NCBI GenBank assembly: GCA_964535955.1
Contig: CAZHVK010000001.1
Coordinates: 62,001-115,541, forward strand
DNA length: 53,541 nt
Source of the DNA: an uncultured Methanosarcinales archaeon
Lineage (GTDB): Archaea; Nanobdellota; Nanobdellia; Woesearchaeales; CAXGTL01
Direction of reading: 5' to 3'
The notes under the pieces are model-generated. The model saw only the letters and a program-made list of their open reading frames with translations. It did no database searches and had not been told where the DNA came from. This document shows, piece after piece, positions 9,860 to 20,310 of this stretch (positions are counted from its first letter, which is position 1; each line of letters starts with the position of its first letter). A program made the position numbers and the translations under genes.

Positions 9860-11125
9860 TTATTTATGATCTTCAACAACCCCTTTTAATACATCAAGAT
9901 ATTGTTCTGCAATGTGTTTCCATTGATATTTGTTTTTTATTATTTTGTATGCTTTGTCTGCTATTGATTTTGATAATTTAGGATTTTTTAATAATCTTAT
10001 TGCATTTTCTGCCATATCATGTGCATTATATGGTTTGACAATCATTCCTATTTTTTCTTTTTCAAAGATTTCACTTATTCCTGCTCCACTTGTTACTATT
10101 ACTGGTGTTTTCATTGCAAATGATTCAAGTGCAACAATTCCAAAACTTTCCATGATTGTTGGGCTTGGTAAAACAAAAATATCTGCATCATTATAATACT
10201 TTGGCCTGGTTTTATCTAATACAAAGCCTTGGAATTGTATGAAATCTTTTACTCCTAATCTTTTGGCTAAATCTTTTAGTTTTTTTAATTCAGGACCTGT
10301 ACCAGCAATGATTAATCTTGTGTTGGGGACTTGTTTTATTATTCTTGGCATTGCTTTGACCAAAATGTCGAGTCTTTTATAGTCTCTGAGTACACCTAGA
10401 TAAAGGATTGTGTTGTTAGTATGAGTTATGATATTTTTTTTTCTTGTCTTAAATTCTTCTAGATTTATGCCGTGAGGAATAGTAATTGTCTTTTTTTTAT
10501 ATTTTTCCTTCTTCAAAATCTTTGACTGATCCTTTATCTTGTTTACACAGATAAAGATCTTTTCTGCACCTGATAAAACATATTTTAAAAAGATTGCATT
10601 ATATATTGATGTTAATATTTTTCTCCAGCCAGGCAATATTAATTCTTTTCCGTGCATATGTATACAATAAGGAATCTTGTTTTTTTTACAAGCATATGCT
10701 GCGGTAAATAAAAGAAATGCATGAGGGTGATGGATTAAAGCAATATCAAATTTGTTCTTTTTGTTGATTTGCCTTACTTTTTTTGATAATAATGGGATAA
10801 TTACATCTCTCATTAAAGTAAATGATTTAAGGTAATGAATCTTTGTTCCATTAAGATAACCATATGATTTTGTTGAGCCTTGGTTTGATGTGATGACTGT
10901 AACATTGTGCTGTTGGGTTGTGTTAGTTTTGTTGGTTTTGTTAGTTTTGTTGATTTTGTTGGTCTTGTTAGTTGTGTTAGTTGTGTTGGTTTTGTTAGTT
11001 GTGTTAGTCTTATTCTTTTTTTGAGTCCATAAACTACTAAGGTTTCTAATAACTTCTTCAATCCCACCTTTGTTTGGGTAAAAGTATGCACTTAGTTCTA
11101 GTATGTTCATATGAATAAACCCCAA
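9860..11125 (-). CDS. GT4 glycosyltransferase
   Basis: YFYPNKGGIE and DIFVLPS...ESFGIVALESFAMKTPVI motifs. Confidence 0.9.
   Translation of the reverse strand: MGFIHMNILELSAYFYPNKGGIEEVIRNLSSLWTQKKNKTNTTNKTNTTNTTNKTNKINKTNKTNKTNTTQQHNVTVITSNQGSTKSYGYLNGTKIHYLKSFTLMRDVIIPLLSKKVRQINKKNKFDIALIHHPHAFLLFTAAYACKKNKIPYCIHMHGKELILPGWRKILTSIYNAIFLKYVLSGAEKIFICVNKIKDQSKILKKEKYKKKTITIPHGINLEEFKTRKKNIITHTNNTILYLGVLRDYKRLDILVKAMPRIIKQVPNTRLIIAGTGPELKKLKDLAKRLGVKDFIQFQGFVLDKTRPKYYNDADIFVLPSPTIMESFGIVALESFAMKTPVIVTSGAGISEIFEKEKIGMIVKPYNAHDMAENAIRLLKNPKLSKSIADKAYKIIKNKYQWKHIAEQYLDVLKGVVEDHK
10918..11010 (-). repeat. In-frame 9-bp tandem repeat encoding (KTN/TTN)n
   Basis: Units gttagtttt / gttagttgt / gttggtttt. 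Protein reads NKTNTTNKTNTTNTTNKTNKINKTNKTNKTNTT. Confidence 0.85.
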
Positions 11126-11245
11126 ATATATACCTATTATATTTCTATTATATATCTATTAAAACTCTTTTTTGAATAACGCAATACATAAATGTTTATA
11201 AAGTTAATTATTATCCAAAATAATCATAGAGATTAGGAGGATAAT

Positions 11246-12523
11246 ATGAAAATAGCAATGATTTGTCCTTACTTTGCTGAATCAGTAGGTGGAGGAGATG
11301 TTTCAACAAAAGTATTTATTGATGAATTAAATAAAAGATATTCTAATAATATTAAAGTTTTTGTTTTGTCAAATAAAGTTAATAAAGAATATTCTAAATA
11401 TAATCTTGTTGAAACTAAGTTTTTTAATTTTCTTAGTTCTGGGTGGCGTGCTTTTTTATTGAATACTAATCTGTTTGATTATTATTTGAGTTTGAAATTA
11501 GTTATGTTATTTAAGAAGATCAAACCAAATATTGTGCATGTTCAAGAGGTTTTATGGCTGCCTGCTGTTGTAAAGGCTGCAAATCGTTTAGGTATAAAAG
11601 TTATTAATACTATAAGAGATGATAGATTTGTATGTAATTTAGCAACATGCAGAGAAGATGCACAACTGTTTTTTGGATGTTCTAATAAACAGTATATGAA
11701 ATGTTTGAAAAAGACTTCAAAACAAACTTTTGGATTTGGATTCGTGGGTTATTTTTTATATTGGTTTTTGAGGTTTAGATCACAAGTTTTATTGGAAAGT
11801 TTGAAAAAGTGTGATAAACTTGTAAGTGTGAGTGATTATGTAAAAAGTAATTTAGTTAAGATGGGTGTTAGTAATGATAAGATTATGACTGCTTATAATC
11901 TTATTCCTGATTGGAAAGTTAATAATATTGAAGTTAGGAAAATAAGACAAAACTATGGTAAAGAGAAATTTATCATATTTTCGTCAGGCAGAATTGTGAA
12001 AAATAAAGGTTTTCAAGTTTTGATTAAATCTGTTGCTGAGGTTGTTAATGTTGATCATGTTAATAAACAGAAAGATATTTTAGTTTTGATTGCAGGTGAT
12101 GGTGGTTACAGACAAGAGCTTGAGAAACTTGTTAGTGAGTTAAAAGTTAGTGATTATGTTAAATTTATTGGAAAAGTGTCACATGATGAAATAAAAAATT
12201 ATTATGCAATAAGTGATTTAGTTGTTGTTCCATCTCTTATAAAGGAATCCTTATCAAGAGTTATCTATGATTCAGTTGGTGCTAAGAAACCTGTTATTGC
12301 TGCTGATGTTGGTGGTAATAAAGAATTATTTGTGAATAATTTTGGAGCAAAGTATAAATTAATATTTAAACATTCATCTGGTCTGGATATGAAAAAAATG
12401 ATAAAAGAATTACACAGACAAAAGAAATTTTATAATGATTATTGGAAAAAGTTTAAGGATTTTAATCAAATAAATGTTAATGCTTATTTTGACTTATATG
12501 AGAAATTATATAGAAAACTATAA
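11246..12523 (+). CDS. GT4 glycosyltransferase
   Basis: SGRIVKNKG and DLVVVPS...ESLSRV...KPVIAADVGG motifs. GGAGG RBS. Confidence 0.9.
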   Translation: MKIAMICPYFAESVGGGDVSTKVFIDELNKRYSNNIKVFVLSNKVNKEYSKYNLVETKFFNFLSSGWRAFLLNTNLFDYYLSLKLVMLFKKIKPNIVHVQEVLWLPAVVKAANRLGIKVINTIRDDRFVCNLATCREDAQLFFGCSNKQYMKCLKKTSKQTFGFGFVGYFLYWFLRFRSQVLLESLKKCDKLVSVSDYVKSNLVKMGVSNDKIMTAYNLIPDWKVNNIEVRKIRQNYGKEKFIIFSSGRIVKNKGFQVLIKSVAEVVNVDHVNKQKDILVLIAGDGGYRQELEKLVSELKVSDYVKFIGKVSHDEIKNYYAISDLVVVPSLIKESLSRVIYDSVGAKKPVIAADVGGNKELFVNNFGAKYKLIFKHSSGLDMKKMIKELHRQKKFYNDYWKKFKDFNQINVNAYFDLYEKLYRKL

Positions 12524-12571
12524 AAATAGATTAAAAATACACCAAGATTGTGATATAAGGAGGGATTTAAA

Positions 12572-13252
12572 ATGAATATATTGGTTATTGTTGCTCATCC
12601 TGATGATGAAGTTTTAGGATGTGGTGCTACTATTGCAAAACACACTGCAAAAGGAGATAAAGTAGATGTTTTAATAATCGGTGATGGAGTGACTGCAAGG
12701 TATGAAGAACATGAGTTAAAGAATCCTGAAGTTATTGAGAAATCTACAAAAGTTAATCAAGATGCTTATACAGCGTCAACAGTTTTAGATATAAATTCTA
12801 TACAGATAATTGGTAAATATGGATGCAGGTTTGATAAATATCCTATGATTGATATTGCAAAAATAATTGAGAAAAAAATACAAACATTTCAACCAGAAGT
12901 CATCTATACGCATAGTCCTTATGATGTTAATAATGACCATACTGTAGTTTTTAAAGCTGTTTTAGCAGCTACCAGGCCGTTTCCAAATCATTGTGTGAAA
13001 AAGATTTTTCTTATGGAAGTTTTATCCAGCACAGAATGGAATTTTTTAGGAAAATTTAGGCCAAATGTTTATGTTGATGTTAATGGTGTTATAGATAAAA
13101 AAATAAAGGCTATAGAATGTTATAAAAGTGAGATAAGAGATTTTCCAAATCCAAGGTCTGGTGAAGCAATAATCACTTTAGCAAAAAAAAGAGGAAGTGA
13201 AGTAGGACTTTATTATGCTGAAGCATTTATGTTACTGAGGTCTATAGAATGA
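12572..13252 (+). CDS. PIG-L/LmbE family N-deacetylase
   Basis: AHPDDEVLGCG and THSPYDVNNDH motifs. Confidence 0.9.
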   Translation: MNILVIVAHPDDEVLGCGATIAKHTAKGDKVDVLIIGDGVTARYEEHELKNPEVIEKSTKVNQDAYTASTVLDINSIQIIGKYGCRFDKYPMIDIAKIIEKKIQTFQPEVIYTHSPYDVNNDHTVVFKAVLAATRPFPNHCVKKIFLMEVLSSTEWNFLGKFRPNVYVDVNGVIDKKIKAIECYKSEIRDFPNPRSGEAIITLAKKRGSEVGLYYAEAFMLLRSIE

Positions 13253-13274
13253 AAACAATGAGGATCATAAAGAA

Positions 13275-14753
13275 ATGAAAAAAAAAATGAAATGTCTTTT
13301 TGTAATGCCTCCTTGGACTTTTAAGGATACACATATCAAAGAATTACAAAGTGATGTTGCTGGTGTTAGTGCACCAACTGGAATACTTTATCTTGCATCA
13401 ATGGTAAAGGAAAAAGGACATGAAGCTTTTGTCATAGATGGTGCTTTTTATTCACATGATGAAATAATTGAAAGATTTAAAAAAATTAATCCTGACATTG
13501 TAGGAATTTCTATTGTTACAATGCTTTGGGAAAATTCAAAACTGCTTATGAAAGATCTTAAAAAAAATAATCCTAATGTTTTTATTATAATTGGAGGGCC
13601 TCATCCTAATGTGATGATGGAAAAATTGTTTTCTGAAAGTAAAGATTTTGATGCGTTAGCATTTGGAGATGGAGAATATACTATTCAAGAATTGGTTGAA
13701 GTATTGTCTAAGAAAAACAAAAGTTGGAAAAAAAATAGTGGAAAGACAAATAATAAAAAGATAAATAATAGAAAGATAAACAATCTTGATTTAAGTGGAA
13801 TAAAAGGTATTGTCTATAGAAAAGGAAAAAGTTTTAAAAAAAATAAACCAAGAGAAATGATAAAAAATATTGATGAATTACCATATCCTGCTTTTGATCT
13901 TATTGATTTGCATAAATACAGACCCTCAATTGGACATTATCAAAAACTGCCGTCAGGGGAGATTGTGACAGGAAGAGGGTGCCCTTTTAATTGTCTTTAT
14001 TGTTCAAAAATCCATGGAAGTAAAACACAAGACAGAGACCCTATCAAAGTTGTTGATGAGTTAGAATATTATATTAAAAAGTTTGGAATCAAAGAAGTAA
14101 AAGTGTGGAATGAACTGTTTACAATAAATAAAAAGTTTGTAATGACATTTTGTGATGAAGTTTTACGTAGAAAATTGGATATAATGTGGTCTGCAACTGC
14201 TCGCGTTGATACTGTTGATATGGAAATGTTGAGAAAAATGAAAAAAGCTGGCTGCTGGTGTTTGCATTTTGGAATTGAATCTGGTTTACAAAAAAACCTT
14301 ATTACATTACGGAAAGGTACTAAAGTTACAACAATAAAAAAAGCAGTCAGGATGACACAAAAAGCAGGAATTAAATGTTTTGCATCATACATACTAGGTA
14401 TACCTGGCGAGACTTATGAAGATGCATTAAAAACAATAGAGTTTGCATGCAAGCTTAATACATATTATGCTGAATTTTTTCCATTAACACCATTTCCTGG
14501 AACAGATCTTTACAAAGATCTTAACAGGTATGGGAAATTGTTAGTAGATATAACAAAACTTACAATGCATCATGTTTGTTTTACACCTCATTCTATGACA
14601 AAAAAAGAATTAGAAAAAGTAAGAAATTATGCTTTTAAAAGGTATTATACAAGGCCTAGATTTATTCTTATGCGTTTGTTGAGTATCAGAACATGGCAGG
14701 ATATTAAGATTGGTTGGCATGGGTTTAGGGCACTGTTGAAGATTATTAGTTGA
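13275..14753 (+). CDS. B12-binding domain radical SAM protein
   Basis: PTGILYLAS, GGPH, GRGCPFNCLYC (CxxxCxxC) and GIESG motifs. Confidence 0.9.
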   Translation: MKKKMKCLFVMPPWTFKDTHIKELQSDVAGVSAPTGILYLASMVKEKGHEAFVIDGAFYSHDEIIERFKKINPDIVGISIVTMLWENSKLLMKDLKKNNPNVFIIIGGPHPNVMMEKLFSESKDFDALAFGDGEYTIQELVEVLSKKNKSWKKNSGKTNNKKINNRKINNLDLSGIKGIVYRKGKSFKKNKPREMIKNIDELPYPAFDLIDLHKYRPSIGHYQKLPSGEIVTGRGCPFNCLYCSKIHGSKTQDRDPIKVVDELEYYIKKFGIKEVKVWNELFTINKKFVMTFCDEVLRRKLDIMWSATARVDTVDMEMLRKMKKAGCWCLHFGIESGLQKNLITLRKGTKVTTIKKAVRMTQKAGIKCFASYILGIPGETYEDALKTIEFACKLNTYYAEFFPLTPFPGTDLYKDLNRYGKLLVDITKLTMHHVCFTPHSMTKKELEKVRNYAFKRYYTRPRFILMRLLSIRTWQDIKIGWHGFRALLKIIS

Positions 14754-14786
14754 AGATGCAAGGATTATAACCCTTTTATTTTAGCC

Positions 14787-14959
14787 TTGGTGAAACCCCC
14801 TCGTTCACCTACTCTAATTACTATAATCACTAATAGAGCACCTACTATAATCTAATGAGGATTAATAGTGGTTCACTTGTCAGAAATTTGGAAAATTTCT
14901 GATCATGCTCATAAATGCTTTGCATTTATGACAGGCCTAACAGGCGGAGGTTTCACCAA
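14787..14959 (-). repeat. Structured intergenic multi-stem element, copy B (contains a nested dumbbell)
   Basis: Terminal inverted repeat TTGGTGAAACC / GGTTTCACCAA. Internal TCGTTCA and GTTCACT^GGCCTAACAGGC motifs shared with 32901, 43683 and 50178. Confidence 0.85.
14878..14933. repeat. Double-hairpin (dumbbell) element nested in copy B
   Basis: TGTCAGAAATTT gga AAATTTCTGA TCATGC TCATAAATGC ttt GCATTTATGACA. Confidence 0.85.
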
Positions 14960-14962
14960 TAT

Positions 14963-15976
14963 TTACTTAAACAAATAACCTAATGTAAAACCACAGCCAT
15001 AACTAAATTGTGTTAAGAATATGCATATCCATGTTGCTGGAATCTCGAAGAATTTTGAGTTTCTGATTGCACTTAATAAGATTATTAAAAAATAAAATGC
15101 GAGTATTAATATATAGGCTGCTTCTATAAATGGATGTAAAAAAGATGCAATAAATCCGTAAACCACAAATAAAAAAAATTCACTAGGAATTACATAATAT
15201 AAATTAAGAGTCTGTTTTCTTTTGTATAATTTGCCTTTGTAGAGTCCATAGTAAAAGAATTGTTTCATGAATGGTATGAATATCTTTCTTCTGTGATGGT
15301 AAACAATTACTTTTGGTGAATAAATTATCTTTAGGTCTTGGTTTATAATGTCTGCACAGAGTTTTGCATCTTCTCCTGTGACAAGGTTTTCATCAAATCT
15401 TATTTTTTTGAATAATGAATTTTTTACAATAAGATTGCATGTTGGTAATTCATTGATGAATTGCTGAGAACAGATTCTAGTACGAACATATGCTTTGCCC
15501 ATGGCAAGCTTGCTTTTCATAACATTTCCTGCTATTCTTTGGATATATGGATCTTTAGGAGGTGTTAGGTTTGGACCCCCAACTGCACCAATCTTTTTTT
15601 TTGAAAAAAAAGGTATTGCATTCTTTAGCCAATCTGTTTTTGGAAATGCATCATCATCAATAAAAGCAATGAATTCTGCTGTTCTTGATGCACTTTTGAC
15701 ACCTATGTTTCTTTTTATAGGAATGTTAAAATTGCCTGTAGGTATAATTTTTATTTTTATTGTTTTTCTTTTTTTTTGTTTTCTTATGTGTTTGTTTAAC
15801 TTATTTATCTGTGTTTGAAATGTATGTGAAATACCTGTATCAGGCAAAAGTACAATCTCGAAATTATTATAATCTAGTTTAAAACAATTAGTTATAGATT
15901 CTAATAAATAAGGATTTTCTTGTTTAAATACAATAACAATTGAAATCAATGGTTGTCTTACAGGATACTGTTTCAT
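14963..15976 (-). CDS. GT2 glycosyltransferase with C-terminal TM helices
   Basis: KRNIGV, FIAFIDDDAFP, VGGPNL and TGEDAKL motifs. Confidence 0.9.
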   Translation of the reverse strand: MKQYPVRQPLISIVIVFKQENPYLLESITNCFKLDYNNFEIVLLPDTGISHTFQTQINKLNKHIRKQKKRKTIKIKIIPTGNFNIPIKRNIGVKSASRTAEFIAFIDDDAFPKTDWLKNAIPFFSKKKIGAVGGPNLTPPKDPYIQRIAGNVMKSKLAMGKAYVRTRICSQQFINELPTCNLIVKNSLFKKIRFDENLVTGEDAKLCADIINQDLKIIYSPKVIVYHHRRKIFIPFMKQFFYYGLYKGKLYKRKQTLNLYYVIPSEFFLFVVYGFIASFLHPFIEAAYILILAFYFLIILLSAIRNSKFFEIPATWICIFLTQFSYGCGFTLGYLFK

Positions 15977-17508
15977 CTTTTGCCAACCCCCTTAACAAAA
16001 TAAATATTTACATTTCCTTTGCTATATACTTTTCTGAATTTTGAAAAATTATACTTAAGTTTGTCTAGTGACTTGTTGCTGTCATTGTATGTCAATATTG
16101 TGTTTATCTTGTCTTCTTTTATGAATTTTTTTAGATTAGGAAATGGGTATTTAGTAAAATAATGTCTCCAAATCTTTTTATTAAAATAAGGAGGTCTTGG
16201 ATAAGAATGAAAATCAAATGCAATGTGATGTGTAAAATAAGCAATCTCAGCACCAAGATTGAATGGTATAGAGAGAACCTTTAATTGTTTTTTTTGTTTT
16301 GATAGCCAAGTTATTCCATCAGATATATCTTTATGGTACTTGTCTGTTGTGATTACAATGTAATAATATAATATTATTAATGCTAGTTCAAATAAGAAGA
16401 TTATTATAATGGAAATGACAATTGATTTGTTTAATGAGTTTGATATCATGAATGCAAGTATGATTGAAAATGGGACAAGTGCATGATTAACATATCTTTC
16501 TGCTTGGCCTAAGAAAAGCAATGGTTTTAGTGATGTTAATAAAAATAAAATTAATGTTGATACAAACCAGATTAATAGTAAGAATAAGATTTGTGATTTA
16601 AATATAATGATATTTTTATTTATTAACCAAAAAAATAAAATAATTGTAGGCATATGTGTTAATAAGATCAAGTATGAATTGTTTGATAAAAATGTGTGTG
16701 CTGCTTTTTTAGGATCTTTTATCAAATCAATTGGTAGTATGAGGACATCTTTAAGTTTGTTTCTTTTTCCTAAATAATCTTTTGCCAAGACTTTGTAAAA
16801 AAAATATGAGTTTAAGATGTATGCTTTGATTAATGTGATTATTCTTGCTTCTGAAATTGCAATAGCTACTAAAAATGATAATATCAATAATAATAAAAAC
16901 CAGATCTTTAGTGTCATGATTGAAATTATGATTGAAGTAAATACTAGGACTTGTAATGCAAATCTTGCTGTTATAAAGATTAATGAAGCAAATAATATAG
17001 AGATAAAGAAAAATGAATAATTTTTAGAAGATATAAAAATGACCATACAAAGGTAGGAGATATTAAAAAATAAACGTGCAACAGGTCTTTGGCTAATATT
17101 AAAAATTCCTTCACCTTGCATAAGCAAAAGTGGTGTTGTTGAATAAATAAGAGATGCTAACAAAGCTGTTGTTGGGTTATTCATATAGTAATATGTGAAT
17201 ACAAAAATAAGAAGACTGTTTAATGAAAAGAAAAATGGACTGATATAGTCACCAATCTTTCTAAGAGATTTTTTTGGTAAATATGAAAGAATGTAATACA
17301 TAAGGTATGGATATTCAAATTTGCCAGGGCAGATTGTTTGCTTGTATTTTTTTGGTATTTTGTGTTTGTTTTTTTTGAATTCTTTAATACCAAGATAATG
17401 TCCCATTGGATCGCTTTCTCTTGTGCCTGGGCTTATCCATCTAGGAATAATAGCTAATAAAAATGGAACAAAAAATGAGATTAATCCAAATATTATTATT
17501 GAATTCAT
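15973..17508 (-). CDS. Polytopic membrane protein, GT-C-like
   Basis: About 10-11 hydrophobic segments, an N-terminal loop (ESDPMGHY...YPYLMYYILS), an ERY motif and a soluble C-terminal domain. Confidence 0.6.
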   Translation of the reverse strand: MNSIIIFGLISFFVPFLLAIIPRWISPGTRESDPMGHYLGIKEFKKNKHKIPKKYKQTICPGKFEYPYLMYYILSYLPKKSLRKIGDYISPFFFSLNSLLIFVFTYYYMNNPTTALLASLIYSTTPLLLMQGEGIFNISQRPVARLFFNISYLCMVIFISSKNYSFFFISILFASLIFITARFALQVLVFTSIIISIMTLKIWFLLLLILSFLVAIAISEARIITLIKAYILNSYFFYKVLAKDYLGKRNKLKDVLILPIDLIKDPKKAAHTFLSNNSYLILLTHMPTIILFFWLINKNIIIFKSQILFLLLIWFVSTLILFLLTSLKPLLFLGQAERYVNHALVPFSIILAFMISNSLNKSIVISIIIIFLFELALIILYYYIVITTDKYHKDISDGITWLSKQKKQLKVLSIPFNLGAEIAYFTHHIAFDFHSYPRPPYFNKKIWRHYFTKYPFPNLKKFIKEDKINTILTYNDSNKSLDKLKYNFSKFRKVYSKGNVNIYFVKGVGKR

Positions 17509-17564
17509 AAAAATTTGAATAAATAATGGGTATATAAATTTAATTAAACTCTAGAACAATATAG

Positions 17565-17733
17565 AGAAATATAGAAATACATAGAAATATAGAAATGCAT
17601 AGAAATATAGAAATACATAGAAATATAGAAATACATAGAAATATAGAAATACATAGAAATATAGAAATGTAGAAATATAGAAATACATAGAAATATAGAA
17701 ATACATAGAAATATAGAAATGTAGAAATATAGA
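17565..17733. repeat. Intergenic tandem repeat of AGAAAT cores (about 19) with alternating AT and ACAT/GCAT/GT linkers (about 18-bp higher-order period)
   Basis: Directly visible: agaaat-at-agaaat-acat-agaaat-at-agaaat-gcat... Confidence 0.95.
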
Positions 17734-17856
17734 CACCATACACATACACACTAATAATAACAATAAAATTTATATATAAACAAATTCTATATCATATTTA
17801 CAATCAAATCAAAAAAAGCTCATAAAAGGAGAATCAAATTAAAGTTTTCTATTAGT

Positions 17857-18996
17857 GTGTTTGTTATTATAATCATAATTGTGTTTTTGTTAGGTGCAAT
17901 GGTTTATAGAAATAAAGAAAGTGTTCCTGGGATTGATTATGTCAGATCTGTATTTGGATTTGATAAATTAGGACCAAATACTGAACAAATATGTGACCAT
18001 AGTGTTCCTGAAAATCATAAAACAGATGCTATTGATGTTTTGAATAATGGTAATGATAATGATAAAGGTGTTGATGATAGTAATAGAGATGATGCTGATA
18101 TAAAATACCCTTATACTTTTATTGTGTTTGGTGATACTTCAGAACCAGCTGGTATTGAAAAAGATATGATTATTGATAAGATTGTGGATGAAGCACCTCT
18201 ATTTGTTATACATACAGGTGATATGGTTAAGAATGGTGATGCACATCAATGGAAAATATTTGATCTGTCTGAAGGACAGATATTAGATAATGATATTGAC
18301 CTTTACCCTGTTCTTGGTAATCATGATTATTGTACTACATATGATGAAGAACCATTATCATATTATTTTGACAGGTTTGATTTTTTAGAAGAAAGAAGAT
18401 GGTATTACTTTACATATGGAAATAGTATGTTTATTATGCTTGACAGTAATTTAGATTATTCTGAAGGAAGTGAACAGTATAATTGGTTGGTTGATGTCTT
18501 GGCAAAAGAATCTTATGAATCTGATGATTCTCTTAATCCTGATGCATCTCCTCTTCCTAAGCATGTATTCCTAAGTCTTCATCACCCTGTTTATTCAAAA
18601 GGGTGGCATGATGTTCGTGAATATGAAAAAGATTTAGGTGTTTTGTTAGAAAGTTATACTGAAAATAATCAAATAAAACCTAATATTGTTTTCTCAGGGC
18701 ATAATCATAATTATGAAAGATATGTTTCTAATGATATTAATTATATTGTGACTGGTGGTGGTGGTGGACAGCAATATAAAGTTGATAGAGATGTTGATGA
18801 TCTCTATAATAAGCCTGGTGATATTTATCATTATTCTAAGGTTACTGTGTTTGAAGACAAGGTTGAATTTGAAATGGTTAAAATAAATAAAGATGGAGAT
18901 TTAGAAGAAAATGAAAACTCTGATGATTGGAATTGGGTAGTTGATGATAATTTTGTTATTTCTGGTGGTGTTGTTTATTTTATTCGATTATTATAA
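17857..18996 (+). CDS. Membrane-anchored calcineurin-like metallophosphoesterase (purple acid phosphatase-like)
   Basis: N-terminal TM segment. FGD, HTGD, GNHD, HHP and SGHNH motifs. The true start may lie further upstream. Confidence 0.9.
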   Translation: MFVIIIIIVFLLGAMVYRNKESVPGIDYVRSVFGFDKLGPNTEQICDHSVPENHKTDAIDVLNNGNDNDKGVDDSNRDDADIKYPYTFIVFGDTSEPAGIEKDMIIDKIVDEAPLFVIHTGDMVKNGDAHQWKIFDLSEGQILDNDIDLYPVLGNHDYCTTYDEEPLSYYFDRFDFLEERRWYYFTYGNSMFIMLDSNLDYSEGSEQYNWLVDVLAKESYESDDSLNPDASPLPKHVFLSLHHPVYSKGWHDVREYEKDLGVLLESYTENNQIKPNIVFSGHNHNYERYVSNDINYIVTGGGGGQQYKVDRDVDDLYNKPGDIYHYSKVTVFEDKVEFEMVKINKDGDLEENENSDDWNWVVDDNFVISGGVVYFIRLL

Positions 18997-19078
18997 AATA
19001 TAAATTTTAAATAAAAAAAGAAGAAAATGAAGAGTTAAATACAAAGTATTTTTTTAATAATTATGTAAATGTCTTTTA

Positions 19079-19744
19079 TCATTTTCCTTCTTTGTTGATT
19101 TCTTTTATTTGCACTGGAATCCTTCCTTTTTGTATCCAAATCAAATCATTTTTTCCCACAACTCTTGCAGGAGTTCCTACAACAATTTCATTAGGTAATA
19201 CTTCTTTTAAACAAATAGAATTAGCACCGATTACAGCGTTGTCACCAATTGTAATACCTCCCATAATCCTTGCTCCTGTATAAATTGTAACATTATCTTT
19301 AATTACAGGAAATTTACGGTCTAATCCTGTTTTAAGACCAAATAATACATCTTTAAAGACATGGCAATTCTTTCCTATTTTAGTATTTCCTCCTATAAGT
19401 AACCCCTGACAATGATGTATAAATATTCCTGGTTCAATGTCAGCGTACAATGATATTTCTGCTCCACCGTTAAGAATGAAATTTAATCTAAAACATAAAC
19501 ATTCTAATAATTTATAGTATTTTAATTTTAATTTACTTGAATTGTTAAAAGATTTTTTTAGATAATATTGACTTAATCTAAAAAGTACTGTACAAGAATA
19601 TGTGGATGATAATAATGCATCTTTTAAATACCCTATCTTAAATTTACCTCTATGTCCTTGGTATTCATCTATTGTAAAAGCATGGGTAAATGTTTTGCAT
19701 ATATTTGTTGGACAGTCCCAATCTTTATCTTCTTGTTTTTTCAT
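19079..19744 (-). CDS. Hexapeptide-repeat O-acetyltransferase (CysE/WcaB-like)
   Basis: AEISLYADIEPGIFIHH and PVIKDNVTIYTGARIMGGITIGDNAVIGANS...VVGTPAR motifs. Confidence 0.88.
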   Translation of the reverse strand: MKKQEDKDWDCPTNICKTFTHAFTIDEYQGHRGKFKIGYLKDALLSSTYSCTVLFRLSQYYLKKSFNNSSKLKLKYYKLLECLCFRLNFILNGGAEISLYADIEPGIFIHHCQGLLIGGNTKIGKNCHVFKDVLFGLKTGLDRKFPVIKDNVTIYTGARIMGGITIGDNAVIGANSICLKEVLPNEIVVGTPARVVGKNDLIWIQKGRIPVQIKEINKEGK

Positions 19745-20310
19745 TTTTCAATTACCCAATCTATGAATGTTATATAATTAGGTATAAAATGTCCTATCCA
19801 TTTACATTTTATAGGTGCAAACCTCGAATAATGTATTTTCTTGTATACTATTTTAAATGGCTCTATTTTAAGTGTCACCATAAAATCTAATATCCCTTCT
19901 ATAATATCATAACTAAAATAATGTATATGTGTCATATCAGAATACCCTCTTGGATGATTATAAAAAGGAACCTGTATTTCTATTTTTCCACCTTTCTTTA
20001 ATATCCTATGAAACTCCATAAGCAAATCAAAAGGTTGAACAATATGTTCTAACACGTTCAAACACTTAATTTCATCTACTGAATCAGATTTAAAAGGTAA
20101 TGGTAACTCGTCTAAATCAACTTTCATGTCTGTTTCATCTAAATCATATTTATCAATATTTAACCAGTTTCCTACATGTCTTTCTTGTCCACCACACTTA
20201 ATCCTTACTTTATTATCATTTTTCCATTCTTTGGTTTTAATTCTATTGTTTCTGTTAAATTCTTTAATCTTTGCATATCTCTTGTATGCTTGGTCATTGT
20301 TATGTATCAT
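19741..20310 (-). CDS. Class I methyltransferase domain protein (degenerate motif I)
   Basis: WLNID, LPFKSDSVDEI, NVLEHI, RILKKGG and DMTH motifs. GGAGGTG RBS. Confidence 0.8.
   Translation of the reverse strand: MIHNNDQAYKRYAKIKEFNRNNRIKTKEWKNDNKVRIKCGGQERHVGNWLNIDKYDLDETDMKVDLDELPLPFKSDSVDEIKCLNVLEHIVQPFDLLMEFHRILKKGGKIEIQVPFYNHPRGYSDMTHIHYFSYDIIEGILDFMVTLKIEPFKIVYKKIHYSRFAPIKCKWIGHFIPNYITFIDWVIEK

Noticed and set aside
17540..17763. ORFs 17540..17749 and 17551..17763, and a possible CRISPR array
   Set aside because: The ORFs are translations of the AGAAAT tandem repeat. There are no unique spacers and no cas genes.
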